A stretch of 64,000 nucleotides of DNA from Moniliella sp. 'wahieum' (Eukaryota). How positions within the stretch are numbered: the first letter of the stretch is position 1; every line of letters starts with the position of its first letter. The notes below the pieces were generated by a model. That model was given only the letters and a program-made list of their open reading frames with translations, was not told where the DNA came from and made no database searches. Where the stretch lies: positions 372,001 through 436,000 of the forward strand of contig RSEE01000027.1 of NCBI GenBank assembly GCA_003971905.1, read 5' to 3'. The position numbers and the translations under genes are program-made. Of this stretch, positions 1 to 11,164 are shown piece by piece.

Positions 1-103
1 ACAAAAAGGGCGATTGAAAAGCGATAGCGTACTACCCTCATAAGGGGATAGAAAACACTATTAGGGAACCCCAACAGACTTCATACGGCAGAGTCTGTTG
101 AAT

Positions 104-1824
104 CTAATGGCAGCACAAAGGGCGAAGGTACACAGCAGTGTGGCGGGGTTTATTTATACGGAAAGAGGGCCTGAATGCTGAGAGGAAGAGAGGCGGGTCC
201 GTAGGATCAGAATGTTCGGAAAGGCTTTCTTCGTGCGTATCCCATTCTTGTGTTGAAAAATGTTGGTTGATGTAGGGCAAGATGAAGTCCCCTCCTTTGT
301 CCTGATGTGTGCTGAGAACATGGTTAATGCGGTCCACGCTCGCGTTGATCAGTTTGGCCTGATTGAGCAGGGGCGTGAGCAAGTTGTGCCGCTCCCTCGC
401 TCGCACCTCGAGTTCCGCCCGTTTGTTGCTTCTTCCTCCTCTAGTTCACCAATGGCGACGTAGAGCCGGTTAAAGAGGGCTTCGTGGTCGGAGGGAATGG
501 CAATTTTGCAAAATTGCGGGCGTTGCTCCCATGCCACTTCGACCTTGTTCAAGACAGCAGCAAGGTGTCTGTGTCCAGGCCGGACCAGGCGTGCAAGAGC
601 AAAAAGGGGGGTAGACGAGTTGGAGGGTGGTTAGTGAACCAATTCTTTTCATCGCCAGCCAACCGAGCGCAGGAGAGAAGGAGAAGGAGGAAAGGAAGAT
701 GTATAGTATAACGTACGCAATCCGCTTGACCGTCTTGATATTCGCGTCGTGGGCTGCAACCACTTTGGGTAACCCCCTCCACAATGGTCCTCGCTTAGCA
801 ATCGCGTCACTCAGGCACGCCGCCTCTTGAGGGTCTGGCGGGGTGCCAGTTGGGTAATAAGAAGGGAAGGCATCTGGTTTTGGGGCAATCAAAAAAGCAG
901 CCTCAATCAGATCGTCAGATGCCGACCAAAGATTGTGGTGGCCCATAGAAAGGGAGTCGACGACTCTCGACCTAAGTTTCGCGGTCCTATGAGTATCTTC
1001 TTTCAAACGAGAAATGTTTTGGTCCTTCTGGGCTCATGCAGGATCACAATCAGCAAAGAGAAAAGAAAGAGGAAAAGGCCCAGGTCAGTCTTGATGGCCC
1101 GTTGCGAACGAGGGCGGGGGGCGACTTACGATGCGGAGGTCGTTTTGAGCCGATGCCACCTCGAGTTTCAGAGAGTCAATTTGTTCGGCCAAGCGGTTGA
1201 TTCCTACGCCCCAGTATCTCGGCTGCAACGACACGCACGAGTGTACTGTGTGCTTCTTCCGGCACGAACTCGCTCGACAAGGATTGGTATATGCCGGAAT
1301 CGGTGTCATCGACATCAACCAAGGGCCGTAACCAAAATTCCGGAAGTGGCACCATCCTTAGGATTAAGGCCATGAAGTCAGGACGGATATAAGTTCCAGG
1401 GGAGGACAAATCGCTGGCGGCAGAATCGGAGTCCGGAGTAGTAACAGGGCCATCCTCGTTCAGTACTCCCACGGGCTTTTTTTTGGGGGGGGGGGGAGAT
1501 GGGGGGGGGGGGAAGCAAGGATGAGACGGGTGTTTATATACAGAATGGATTGATGCATGCATGCATGCTTCCTGGCACGTCCATTCGTTTTGTTCCATCT
1601 CGGGGCGCCGAGAAGAGGATGCTGAGTCCCAGGATGGTTGGTGCGTTTGGGCCATCCTCTCCAAGGTCGCTTGAGTCTTCGCTGCGGAGGCCTAGGAGCT
1701 CCGCCGTTCTCCCGCTTCTGTGTGTCTCGCTTGCTCCGCAGCCACGGAGCAGTGGCGACTGGCTGCTCCCCGCTGTGGTGCGATTGCGTTGCACGGCATC
1801 ATGCTCGATCGTGGGCCCTGCCAT
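104..1824 (-). CDS. Orphan spliced hypothetical protein (acidic, with a coiled-coil-like segment)
   Basis: Intron 1028-1129 (GTAAGT..CTGAC..CAG) joins ...AQNDLRI to KDQNISRLKEDTH in frame. Intron 569-716 (GTACGT..CTAAC..CAG) joins ...TVKRIA to HLAAVLNKVEVAW in frame. The 5' exon (ATG 1824) and the 3' end are uncertain because of indels. No family recognised. Confidence 0.6.
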
Positions 1825-2060
1825 CACAGAGATGCTGCTCCGGCAGGTGTCTTCCAACCGAGCTTCCCTTCGCTGCACGGAGGCGTTCCGTGGAAACGAA
1901 TAAGCATGCGGCAAAATAGAGAGAAGCAAATCCCAACACCATATAGCACGCCCTCTCTTCCACACATATATAGCCCCCCCCTCTCTCTGATCTATCCCCC
2001 CTCCCTTCCGCTTCCTGTGCTCTCCTCTCCCGTTTACTGGATTGCGGGGCCTCCTATACC

Positions 2061-3487
2061 ATGCCTGTTCCCCACCCCTCTTCCTCTGCCCCCCCGCCGA
2101 CGGACGATCCAAAACAGCGCCTCTGGCTCTTTCACACTACCTCCCACCTTCTTGAAATTGCCCGCGACAACGATCCTCTTGTGTTCTGCCTTATCCCCAA
2201 GAATCGACTGTCGGTCCGACCTGGCCGAGTGGGCGTCCCAGCTCCAGGGGTCCATCGCTTGCGCCGGGGATGGGATTCTCCCGCCTCCGCATATTTGGCC
2301 TTGACCAAGGTCTTCCCTAATTACCACTGGCAGACACACCGTCTGTCGTGAAAGGGCTGACGTCGCTCGTGCCCAATCGCCGAAAAGAAAAGCGCTTCAT
2401 CTCCTTTCTGTTAAGGTGGTCGGACGCGTTGCGAGCGGAGTACAAAGCTGCTGAAGCCGAGTTCGACCACCTGCGCACCGAACACAGCAAGCTCGTTTCC
2501 AGTTTGGCCCAGCACCTACTCTTCTCGCCGAGGCCCAGACTGCCTACGACAAAAGGGAATGGTTCGACGGCCTCTCTTCCGATGTGGATGCCACAGACAA
2601 CGACGAGTACACAACACCATTCTTCGTGACCTCATGGAAAAGGTCTGCCACCAGTGGCCCGGCCCATTGGGTCTCCAACGCAGCACAGGCGACAGCGAGC
2701 TGCATTGGCCCGTCCAGGAACGATTATACATTAAGCGGTTAGAGAGAGGAGGTTTATATAACCCTTCAACAAAGTATTCAATCTCTGATTTTGCGAGCTG
2801 TTTGCCCAGGTGGCCAAACACAAGCGGAGTATGCCTACGAATTCCGCTACTGTGTCTGCGACTGGCACCTTCTTGAGTATGTCCCACTCCTTCCCTCCTT
2901 CGTCTTGGCCTTCTCTTTCGTTGGACCGTCAGATAGCTGTATCCTAACCCGGCTCCGTTCTTGTCGGTTGTCGCTTGATTGGATTTTGTTCCCAGGGAAT
3001 GGGCTGTGTTCGCCAAAGAGACGGGAATGAAGTTGGAAAAAACGTACAGGGAGGTGACAGCCCTTAGCACCGCCTTGTACCGCGACATCGGACCGCCCTT
3101 GCCCTCGCTTTGCCAGCACGGCAGCACGGTGGAAGAAGAACGAGAAGCAGAGCAGAGCGACCAAGAAGGCGAGACGGAAGCCGGGGGACCATCTGCTGCT
3201 GAACGAGTGGGCCCGAATGTTTCGCTCGAGTTGTAGAGTCCCAGCTGGCTTCCCTGAGTCGGTTGGCACGAGACTCCTCAAGGCGGCTGCGCGCGTACCA
3301 TGCTTGGGTCGACCAGAAGGAGCTACTGGACGGTATCCGCGTTGGACTGCTGCAAGAGTTGCAGACAGAGGCGATACCGGCGGAGGAGGAGGAGGAGGAG
3401 GAGGAGGAGGAGGAGGAGGAGGAGGAGGAGGAGGAGGAGGAGAAGGAGGAGGAGAAGGAGGAGGAGAAGGAGGAGAAGGAGGAGTAG
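2061..3487 (+). CDS. Orphan hypothetical protein with poly-Glu C-terminus
   Basis: Chain of overlapping + ORFs (2061, 2348, 2559, 2979, 3263). Canonical intron 2877-2995 (GTATGT..CCTAAC..CAG). TATA-like CATATATAG near 1965. Ends in 34 E/K codons and TAG at 3485-3487. Confidence 0.55.
3383..3484 (+). repeat. (GAG)n trinucleotide repeat with AAG interruptions (poly-Glu)
   Basis: 20 consecutive GAG, then a GAG/AAG mix up to the stop codon. Confidence 0.95.
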
Positions 3488-3795
3488 CAACACAAAATGG
3501 TTCAGGGGGCCATACTTCGATAGCTAGTAACTAAGCGCCACGGTGGTGGTATTGGGTATCAACAAAACCACAGTATACTTTTGGAATGTGGTGTACGCAG
3601 CGTGGGTCAGGCGGAAAGGGCGGAGAAGGCACACGATGGGTGACGATGGGTGATGATGGGCGCGACGCGAAGAGAGTTTAGCGTGTAGGCTGCTTTCATT
3701 AGTCGGATCGGATGGGTTGATGGGCTTCGCTCGCCTGCAAGCGCGTCGCCTCGTCTCGCCGCCCCCACCGCCCCTCGGCTGTGCGCAACCAACCC

Positions 3796-6700
3796 ATGAG
3801 CACCACCGCCGCCGCTCGGCCGGCCGCCGTGCCTTTCCCGCCGCTCGACACGCGTCCTGTCGACGGCATGGACGCCGTCAGCACCGCCGCCCTCCTCGAC
3901 CCCACCCGCCCACGCGCCGTCCTGGCCCTCGCCTCGGGCGATGATGCGGAGGTGGATTGGGCCCTGGCCCGTCTCCTCCGCGCATCCTTCCACACCCCGC
4001 CCCCGGCATCCAGCTCTCCCTCGCGCCCCGTCTCCTCGATCTGGTCGCCGACTACCCCATCCGCCTTGCCCATGCCCTCGCTGGCCACGCCCCTGCCCTT
4101 TGGGCCCCTCGTGACCAGCCTGCCTTTGGCCTCGACGTGGATTCCGACGCGGATTCCGGTTCGGACTCTGACTCGGACTCCGACTCGGACGCAGGCTCGT
4201 CCTCGCCCTCATCCCCGAAGGGCTCGGGTTCCAATCCCCATCCGGCTGCCCGCGACGACCTCCTGACCGCCAAGACAGCAGCACGTGCGCCGTCGCATTT
4301 TGCTCCAGCCACCAATGACGCTCACCGCGCCTTCCTGCGCCGCGCTCTCGAAGCCACAGTTTTCTCCGCAACGTTTCCTTCGAGCCCTCTCCCGCGCCCG
4401 GGTTCGACACCAACTCACGCTTACTCAAACGCTCGAATTCTCCCTGCTATTGTCATTGCACTTACCACGTTGCTCCAGGAGCAACATCTTCTCCCCCCCG
4501 CACCCTGCGCCGTCCCCCGCTTGACTCAGAAGCCGCAGCGGGGCTCAACGAACTGGTCCTCAACTTGCTCGATATCATCGAGTCGTTTGCTGATGATCTG
4601 AATGCTGCAGCCAGCGTCGGCCTTGAGCTGCAACAGCTTCTTCGCCTCCTCGCCTTTGGCTCGGACCGGCAGCGGATGGGGCCCGGAGTCGCGTCCATTC
4701 CGCTGGGGGGAACGACGGACCGGTCCATGCTTCTATGTGCTCTGCGGGTGCTGGCAAAGATGGCATCGCAGCCGAACAATGCTGCTGCCTTTCACGAGGA
4801 TGTCCCATCTTTCTCTGCCTCTGACCCAATGGATGGACGCGACCCCCCTCGCTGGCCCCTCACCTGGCTTGCACTGCAATGGACATTGGGAGCGCTGGAC
4901 AATGATTTGCTCGAGTCCAGCCTTGAGCTGCTGCATGAACTCGTCATGGTGGCGGGCAATGGTCTGTGCTTGGCCGCCTACTCGGGTTTTCAGCCCACGG
5001 CTCTCTCCGCGCATCTCGCCCCGGTGCTACCGCCCTTGCCGTTCCGGCGCTTCTGCGTGCTCTCACGCTACACCGGACCGAGTGGGACCGCGAGACACCG
5101 TTGGTGCCTCACAATGCGTCTGCACCTGCGCCACCTGCGCCGCAGTCGCGTCGGGCCCGAGAACGAGCGGCGGTGGAGTGTGGAAACGCGCGGCGGTCCA
5201 GGCTGCCGCTGCGCTCACTGGCCAACACGTCGGACGTGCCAGAGGGAGAAGAGCGTTCCTTGGCCCAACTGCCGCCCTCCCCTTGGCTGGGAGCGAGGTG
5301 GGCTCGCCTCTGTACCGTGCCATGCGACTCACCCCTGAGGAGGCTGCCTCCTCGTCGGCCACCTCTGCCACGCCGACCGCGCTGCAACGAGGCCAGCAAT
5401 GGGTGGCTACTATCTTTGAGTCGGACCCGGCAAGCAAGAGTCTCGTTCGGGTCAGGCGGGACGGTGGTGGGAGGTATCCCAAGCTGCGTTCTGCGCGGCC
5501 TACCAAGACTCTCGGTCTCTTGCCAGCAACGTGGCTCAACGCCGCCTCTCACCCCCGAAGCGATTCTCAACCTGCCCAAATCTGTTTTCAAGCCGGCTGG
5601 TCCGGCTGACGCGGGCGGAGGAAAGTTTATCGTGCGGGGAATTCGAGTGCGCGCAGATCGGGTGGTGCGGGCGGTGCGACAGACGGCCGAGGCGCCCGAG
5701 ACGACGGCCGCATTGCGCGCTGTGTGTCACGAATGGCTGCGTACCTATTTGGCTCGCAGTGCGGGCGCGCCGGCCTGGGCCCGTGCGGGTGCGTCGGACC
5801 CAGCTTGCGCCCGCTGGAGCGTGTTGCTGGACCACCTGCCTCGACCCTGGCTCGGGCTGAACCAAGAAAGTCAAGGACACATCGCTCGCCATGTGGCCGA
5901 GGCAGGAAAAGTGGTGTGCCAACCACCTCCGTCCTCGGAACCGGACCAGGAGGGGAAGCATGAGCACGACCGCTTCCTCGATGCACACCAGTGCTTATGG
6001 GATGGTGCTTTGCTACTCCGCCCGAGGGGGTCCAGGGCGAGGAGGCCTATCACTGGCTCCAAACCCATGTGCTTACCCATTTACCTCCCGATTCGCCATC
6101 GGGAGCGTCGTGACCCCCGCGTTGACGCAAGGCACGGGGGAGTTACCAGCTAGTGCGGTGTGGGCGGACGAGAACCAAAAACGCCAGGCCCAGTTCTTTG
6201 TGCCGATGTGGGTCTCGCCGCTGGACCCACTACCCCTCTGGCCTATTGGCTCTCCTCCGCTCCCGTTGCAGCGAAACGTGCGGTGCCCGATGCTGGACAC
6301 GAGGCGGACGGTAGGAAACGGATGCGTCTGTCGGGCGATGCGGAAGAAGGGGGTGAGTTGGTTTGCTACGCTCCGCTGCACCACGAACCTTCCTCTGGCG
6401 ATGCTGCTGGGGCACAAGGACAGGAGGGGGCAAGAAAAGGAGACGGTGCCCTGGTACCTCGCGCGGGGGGCCATGTCGGTCGCGCGTCCCATTCGCACCC
6501 TCAAGGTGCCAGGCACAGTCAAGTTTGTAGTGGCACGTACGCCCTTGCACCTCAACACCTCCATCCCCTCGGGCTGTCCGGCGTTGGCGGCGCTGTTGCT
6601 GCGCGGGGTGACGTCCCAAGTGGCTGACGTCTTGGGCGCCGAGGCGGACGAGCAAGAGGAGGAACAAGAATGGCTGGCGCAGCAGCAAGAGAAGCGGTTG

Positions 6701-7029
6701 CGTGCCGTGACCAAGGACGAGGCGGCACAGGTAGGCTTTCCCTTTGCGCCGGCGCGCGCCGGTGCCAGCCCGAGCGACGCCATGGCAATGCGGCAGCCGG
6801 GCACGGCTACGCGGCGGCCGAGGCAGCAGAGGCCGAGGCGGAAGGCGAGGCGGGCGAGACGGCGCGGCGGGCGGCGGTGCGGGCGGTGGCGCGTGGCTGG
6901 CTGGATCGGTTGCTGGAGGCGGAAAACTACGTGGTGCTCCAGTCGGCCTCGAACGACATTCTGTCGGGCATCCTGCAGGACACACTCGCCTGCCTGCCGC
7001 GCCCGCGCTCGCGGCTGCGCGAAACGTAG
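3796..7029 (+). CDS. RSC9: RSC9/ARID2-like chromatin remodelling subunit (ARM region, RFX-type winged helix, possible Zn-finger remnants)
   Basis: LALASGDDAEVDWALARL resembles the Rsc9 'LSLRSG..EI.WAL.RL' motif. DNDLLESSLELLHEL is an ARM-like helix. QQWVATIFESDP...GKFIVRGIRVR resembles the Rsc9 RFX-like domain. Multiple frameshifts; DS repeat at ~4140-4195. Confidence 0.65.
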
Positions 7030-7301
7030 CTAGAGCAGCTCCCGGCTGGCATGTTGGAATGGGATGGGATGGGATCCAGACGAACGCATGTGTTGGACGG
7101 CGGACAGGGGAGGAGGATTGATAGGGCCGGCGGAGAGCTCCAACGCCAACGCCAGCGACAGCAGAAATCGAGTCACAGCCAAAAGTAATCGTGTTGACGC
7201 AGTTGATGGGGACGGCCGGAAGAAATGTTAATGACAGGAAGAAACATGCTTCGTAGATTCACCGTCGATAGAACCTCCGCCGCGACCGCCATTTGGCTGC
7301 G

Positions 7302-10300
7302 ATGATGCGTCTGCTGCCTGCGCACGCCCCCATCCGCGCGTCGTCGCCATGGCGATTGGGCTCGTGCGCACGCTTCAGCACCACCGCCCGCCGTTGCGCC
7401 ACCGACACTGCCCCACCTGCCCCTGCCCCCGCCGCCACCCACGCCTACAACCACACCGTGGCCCTCCCCAAGACCCTGTTCCCGCTCGGGCCGATGCCAG
7501 CCGGCGCGAACAGCTCTTCCGGCCCCGCACCACCACGCAGCTCTACGAGCGCCAGTGGGCCCGCTGGGATGCGGCCGGTCGCGCCGCGTCCGACGTCTTT
7601 GTCCTGCACGACGGTCCTCCCTACGCCAACGGCGATTGCACATGGGCCATGCCCTCAACAAGATCCTCAAGGACATTATAACCGCTACCAACTCCTCGCC
7701 GGCCGCACGGTCCACTATGTACCCGGGTGGGACTGCCATGGGCTTCCGATCGAGCTCAAGGCTCACAGAGCTCGGCATGCAACATGTCCAGGCACAACAG
7801 GCTGCTGCTGCCGCTACGCGCAAGAACCCTGCTGCTGGTGCTGCGCAGCCCGTCGACCGCGCGCAGGCCAAGGCCTTTAAGGCCGCCTCCAAGGGCGACA
7901 AGGCGGCCCAGGCCAAGATGGCCCAAGCGGCGGCCGCAGGCATGGACCCGCTCTCCATTCGCCGGGTCGCCCGGCAAAAGGCCGAGGGTGCGTGGCTGCG
8001 CAGCGCGAGCAGTTTGAGGACCTGGGCATCCTCGCTGGCTGGGGGCTTGGGTCCGGTATGGCCGCACGTCCGGGGGAAAGCGTGGTGGACAAGCTGCGAC
8101 AGGGCGGGGGCGTGTACCGCACTCTTGAACCGGCTTACGAGGGGGCCCAGCTCGAGGTGTTTGCCCGCATGGTCGATCGCGGCCTGGTCTATCGCGCGGA
8201 GCGGCCGACCTACTGGTCGCCTTCGTCGGGCACGGCGCTGGCCGAAGCTGAGCTCGAGTACGCAGACCGCCCTGCTACCGCAGCCTATGTCCGCTTCCCC
8301 CTGCACACGCTCAGTCAGGCCCTGCGCGATGCGCTGGCCAATGTGCCCCTCACGCCCGGGGCGCCGAGGCTGTGCGGCATCTGCTCAAAGCTGGGCCCGG
8401 CAAGGGGTCCAATTTGGTCGTGTGGACCACTACTCCATGGACGCTGCCGGCCAACATGGCTGTGGCGGTGCACCCCGACTTGGAGTATGCTCTTGTCCGC
8501 TCCTCCTCGGGCGCACTCGACTGGGTCGCTACCGACCGGCTCGACGCGGTGGGCTCGCTTCTTGCCCCCCGCCGCGGATGGGACGGCCGAGGCTGAGGCA
8601 GCGACAGAGCAGACACAGCAACAGAGGCCCAGCCTACTGTCCTTCTTGTCTGCCCGGACACACGCTTGTCGGAAGCACCTATACCCAGCCTTTCCTCCGC
8701 CCCGAGACAGCGACGGCCGCCGAGGGACAGGCAGCTATCGTCTCTGCCCCCTGGGTGTCGGCCACGAGCGGAACGGCTTGGTGCATTGCGCGCCGGCCCA
8801 CGGCGCAGAGGACTACGACCTGCTCCGGGCCAAGGGCATTGCCGGGCCTGGGCTTCCGCGCGGACTCTTCTCGCCTGTGAATGGGGAGGGCAGGTACGCA
8901 CCCTCGCTCGCGATTGACCCGCCCGCTGACGGGCGGCGAGGTGCAAACTGCCGACCTGGTTGGGCTCGACGTTTTGACCCAAGGAAACCAGGCGGTTCTC
9001 ACCAAGCTCCAAGCTGCACCTGCCGCCGCCTTGCCCACCGAAAGCAACACTCTTGTCCCGATCCTCGTCCACTCGCACACCATCGATCACCGTGAGCCAA
9101 CAGATTGGCGGACGGGGGGGCCTGTGCTCACTCGCGCTACAACACAGTGGTTTACCGACCTGGGTCCGCTCCAAGACGCCGCGTTGAATGCCATCGGCCA
9201 AGACGGTGCTCAGGCCGGGCCCCAACAGGGCGAGCACGCGCTTCGTTGCATCCGCCCGCTGGGCGCTCGCGTCTGCGTGCCCACGTTCGTGGCCGTGCGG
9301 AATGGTGCATCTCTCGCCAACGCGCGTGGGGCGTGCCGATCCCCGGTGTATGCCCCTGACGGTTCGGTCATCCTGACCGGCGCCAACGTACGGCACATTG
9401 CTTCGGTTTTGCGTCAGCGGGGCGCCGATGCATGGTGGACCGACCCAGCTGAAGACTTTGTTCTGCCCGAGTTGAGGGTAGCTCATGGCCAAGGCCCGAA
9501 CCCCTGGGCGACCGGCCGGGATACACTCGACGTTTGGTTCGACTCGGGTGCCTCGTGGGCGCACTTGCAAAGCAATTTGCTCAAGCCCCTTGGCGAGGAG
9601 CTGGCCGCGCGCCAACCTGTAGCCGATGTGTACCTCGAAGGCTCAGACCAACACCGTGGATGGTTCCAGTCGGCGCTCCTGACTGCCGTTGCGGCCTCGG
9701 ATGCCCCCGATAACGGCAGTTCCCCCTGCCAGAAGTGAGCGCCGATGGCAAGTTCCACGGCCGGGCGGCGGCGCCGTACGGGACACTGATCACGCACGGT
9801 ATGGTGGTTGACCCCTCGGGCCGCAAAATGAGCAAGTCGATCGGGAATGTGTTGGCGCCGCAGACGGTCTTGCGTGGCGGAAAAGCGCCAGACGGGATCA
9901 TCCCACCGTTGGGCGCAGATGTGCTTCGCTTTTGGGCTGCCCGTACCGACACTTCTCGTGACGCTCCGGTGGGAAAGACAATCCTTACTCAGTCAGCCGA
10001 AGGGTTGCGCCGATTGCGCAACGTGACGCGTTTCCTCCTGTCCAACCTGGGGGCAGGGTCACGGTCCGTTTGCCCCGTGGGCGAACGCAAGTTCAACAAA
10101 AGCCTCCGGGGGATGTGGTGGCGCAGATGCAAGTGTCCGAGCATCTCCTTCTTTCCCAGCTGCATTCAGCGATCGAGGAAATGAACGAGGCGTATGCGGC
10201 CAACGACTTTAGCTTGGCGGCGCGCAAACTCAGTGACTTGGCCACGGGACCGCTCAGTGGTCTCTACCTTGACTCAGCCAAGGACGCGCTGTACCGACCC

Positions 10301-11125
10301 GCTCCACGGACCCCGCCGCACTGCCATCTTGGCCACGATGGAAATTGCGTTCCGCTCCCTCTTGAGTGCGCTCGCTCCCATTGCGCCTCACCTTGCCGAG
10401 GAAGCGTTCGAGTTCCGTCGTCGTGAGACGGAGGGCTACCTTGGTCTGCCGCCCATCCCGACAGATGCCGCTGAGGGGGACACGCGCATCGAAGGCAGCC
10501 TGTTTGATCTGGGATGGCAACCCGTCCCGCCCGTCTGGAGCAAGGCGCGTGCCGAACAGGGCGAACGCCTGCTCTCGCTCCGGACGGACCTGTTGAGCGT
10601 CATCGAGACGGCCCGCGCCAAGGGGTTGCTTGGCACAGCGCTCGAGGCTGATGTGGCGTTTGCCGTGCCGGCCGAGGGGGCTGACGTGGAACTAACCAAG
10701 GCGTTGGAAGAGAATCGTACGTGCCCCCCCCCCCCCCCCCACCCCTTGTGTTGAGCTTGTAGGCTGACCTTCTTCCCCTCCCCTCTCCCCACAGAAGCCG
10801 ACCTGGCTCGGTTTATGAATGTGTCCCGTGTCTTCCTACCCCACATTTCCTCTACGCCCGTCTCCCCAACGGGAGGGAGTACGGGCACGACGGTGGAGAC
10901 TCCTCTCTTGGCTGAACCGTCGTGGACCGAGGTGGGGGAGCACCTGGGCATTCAAATCCGTCTCGCTACGCCTGCTCTGAGCAAGTGTCCGCGTTGCTGG
11001 AGCTTCACACGAGCGAGGAAACTGCCGACTTGTGTCCACGGTGCGGTGAGGTGGTGGCGCATCACGGCACTAAAGTCAGGCCTATACAATCAATCCTACA
11101 CTGCTGTTACTGTCGTTCCCTTTAG
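7302..11125 (+). CDS. ISM1: Mitochondrial isoleucyl-tRNA synthetase
   Basis: Motifs [100 protein letters not shown] and KMSKS, plus C-terminal CPRC..CPRC. Arg/Ser-rich presequence. Intron 10717-10794. Stop at 11073 or 11125. Confidence 0.95.
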
Positions 11126-11164
11126 GCATGGCGGAAGAGGGAAAAGATATGAAACCCGGTTGCA

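Noticed and set aside
72..100. 9-bp inverted repeat CAACAGACT/AGTCTGTTG, and a similar 8-bp hairpin across the GAL7 stop (~59472-59492)
   Set aside because: Short hairpins are expected by chance; bacterial-style terminators are not relevant in this eukaryotic context.
104..3487. Divergent pair as a bE/bW (HD1/HD2) mating-type locus
   Set aside because: No WF.N.R homeodomain helix was found in either gene.
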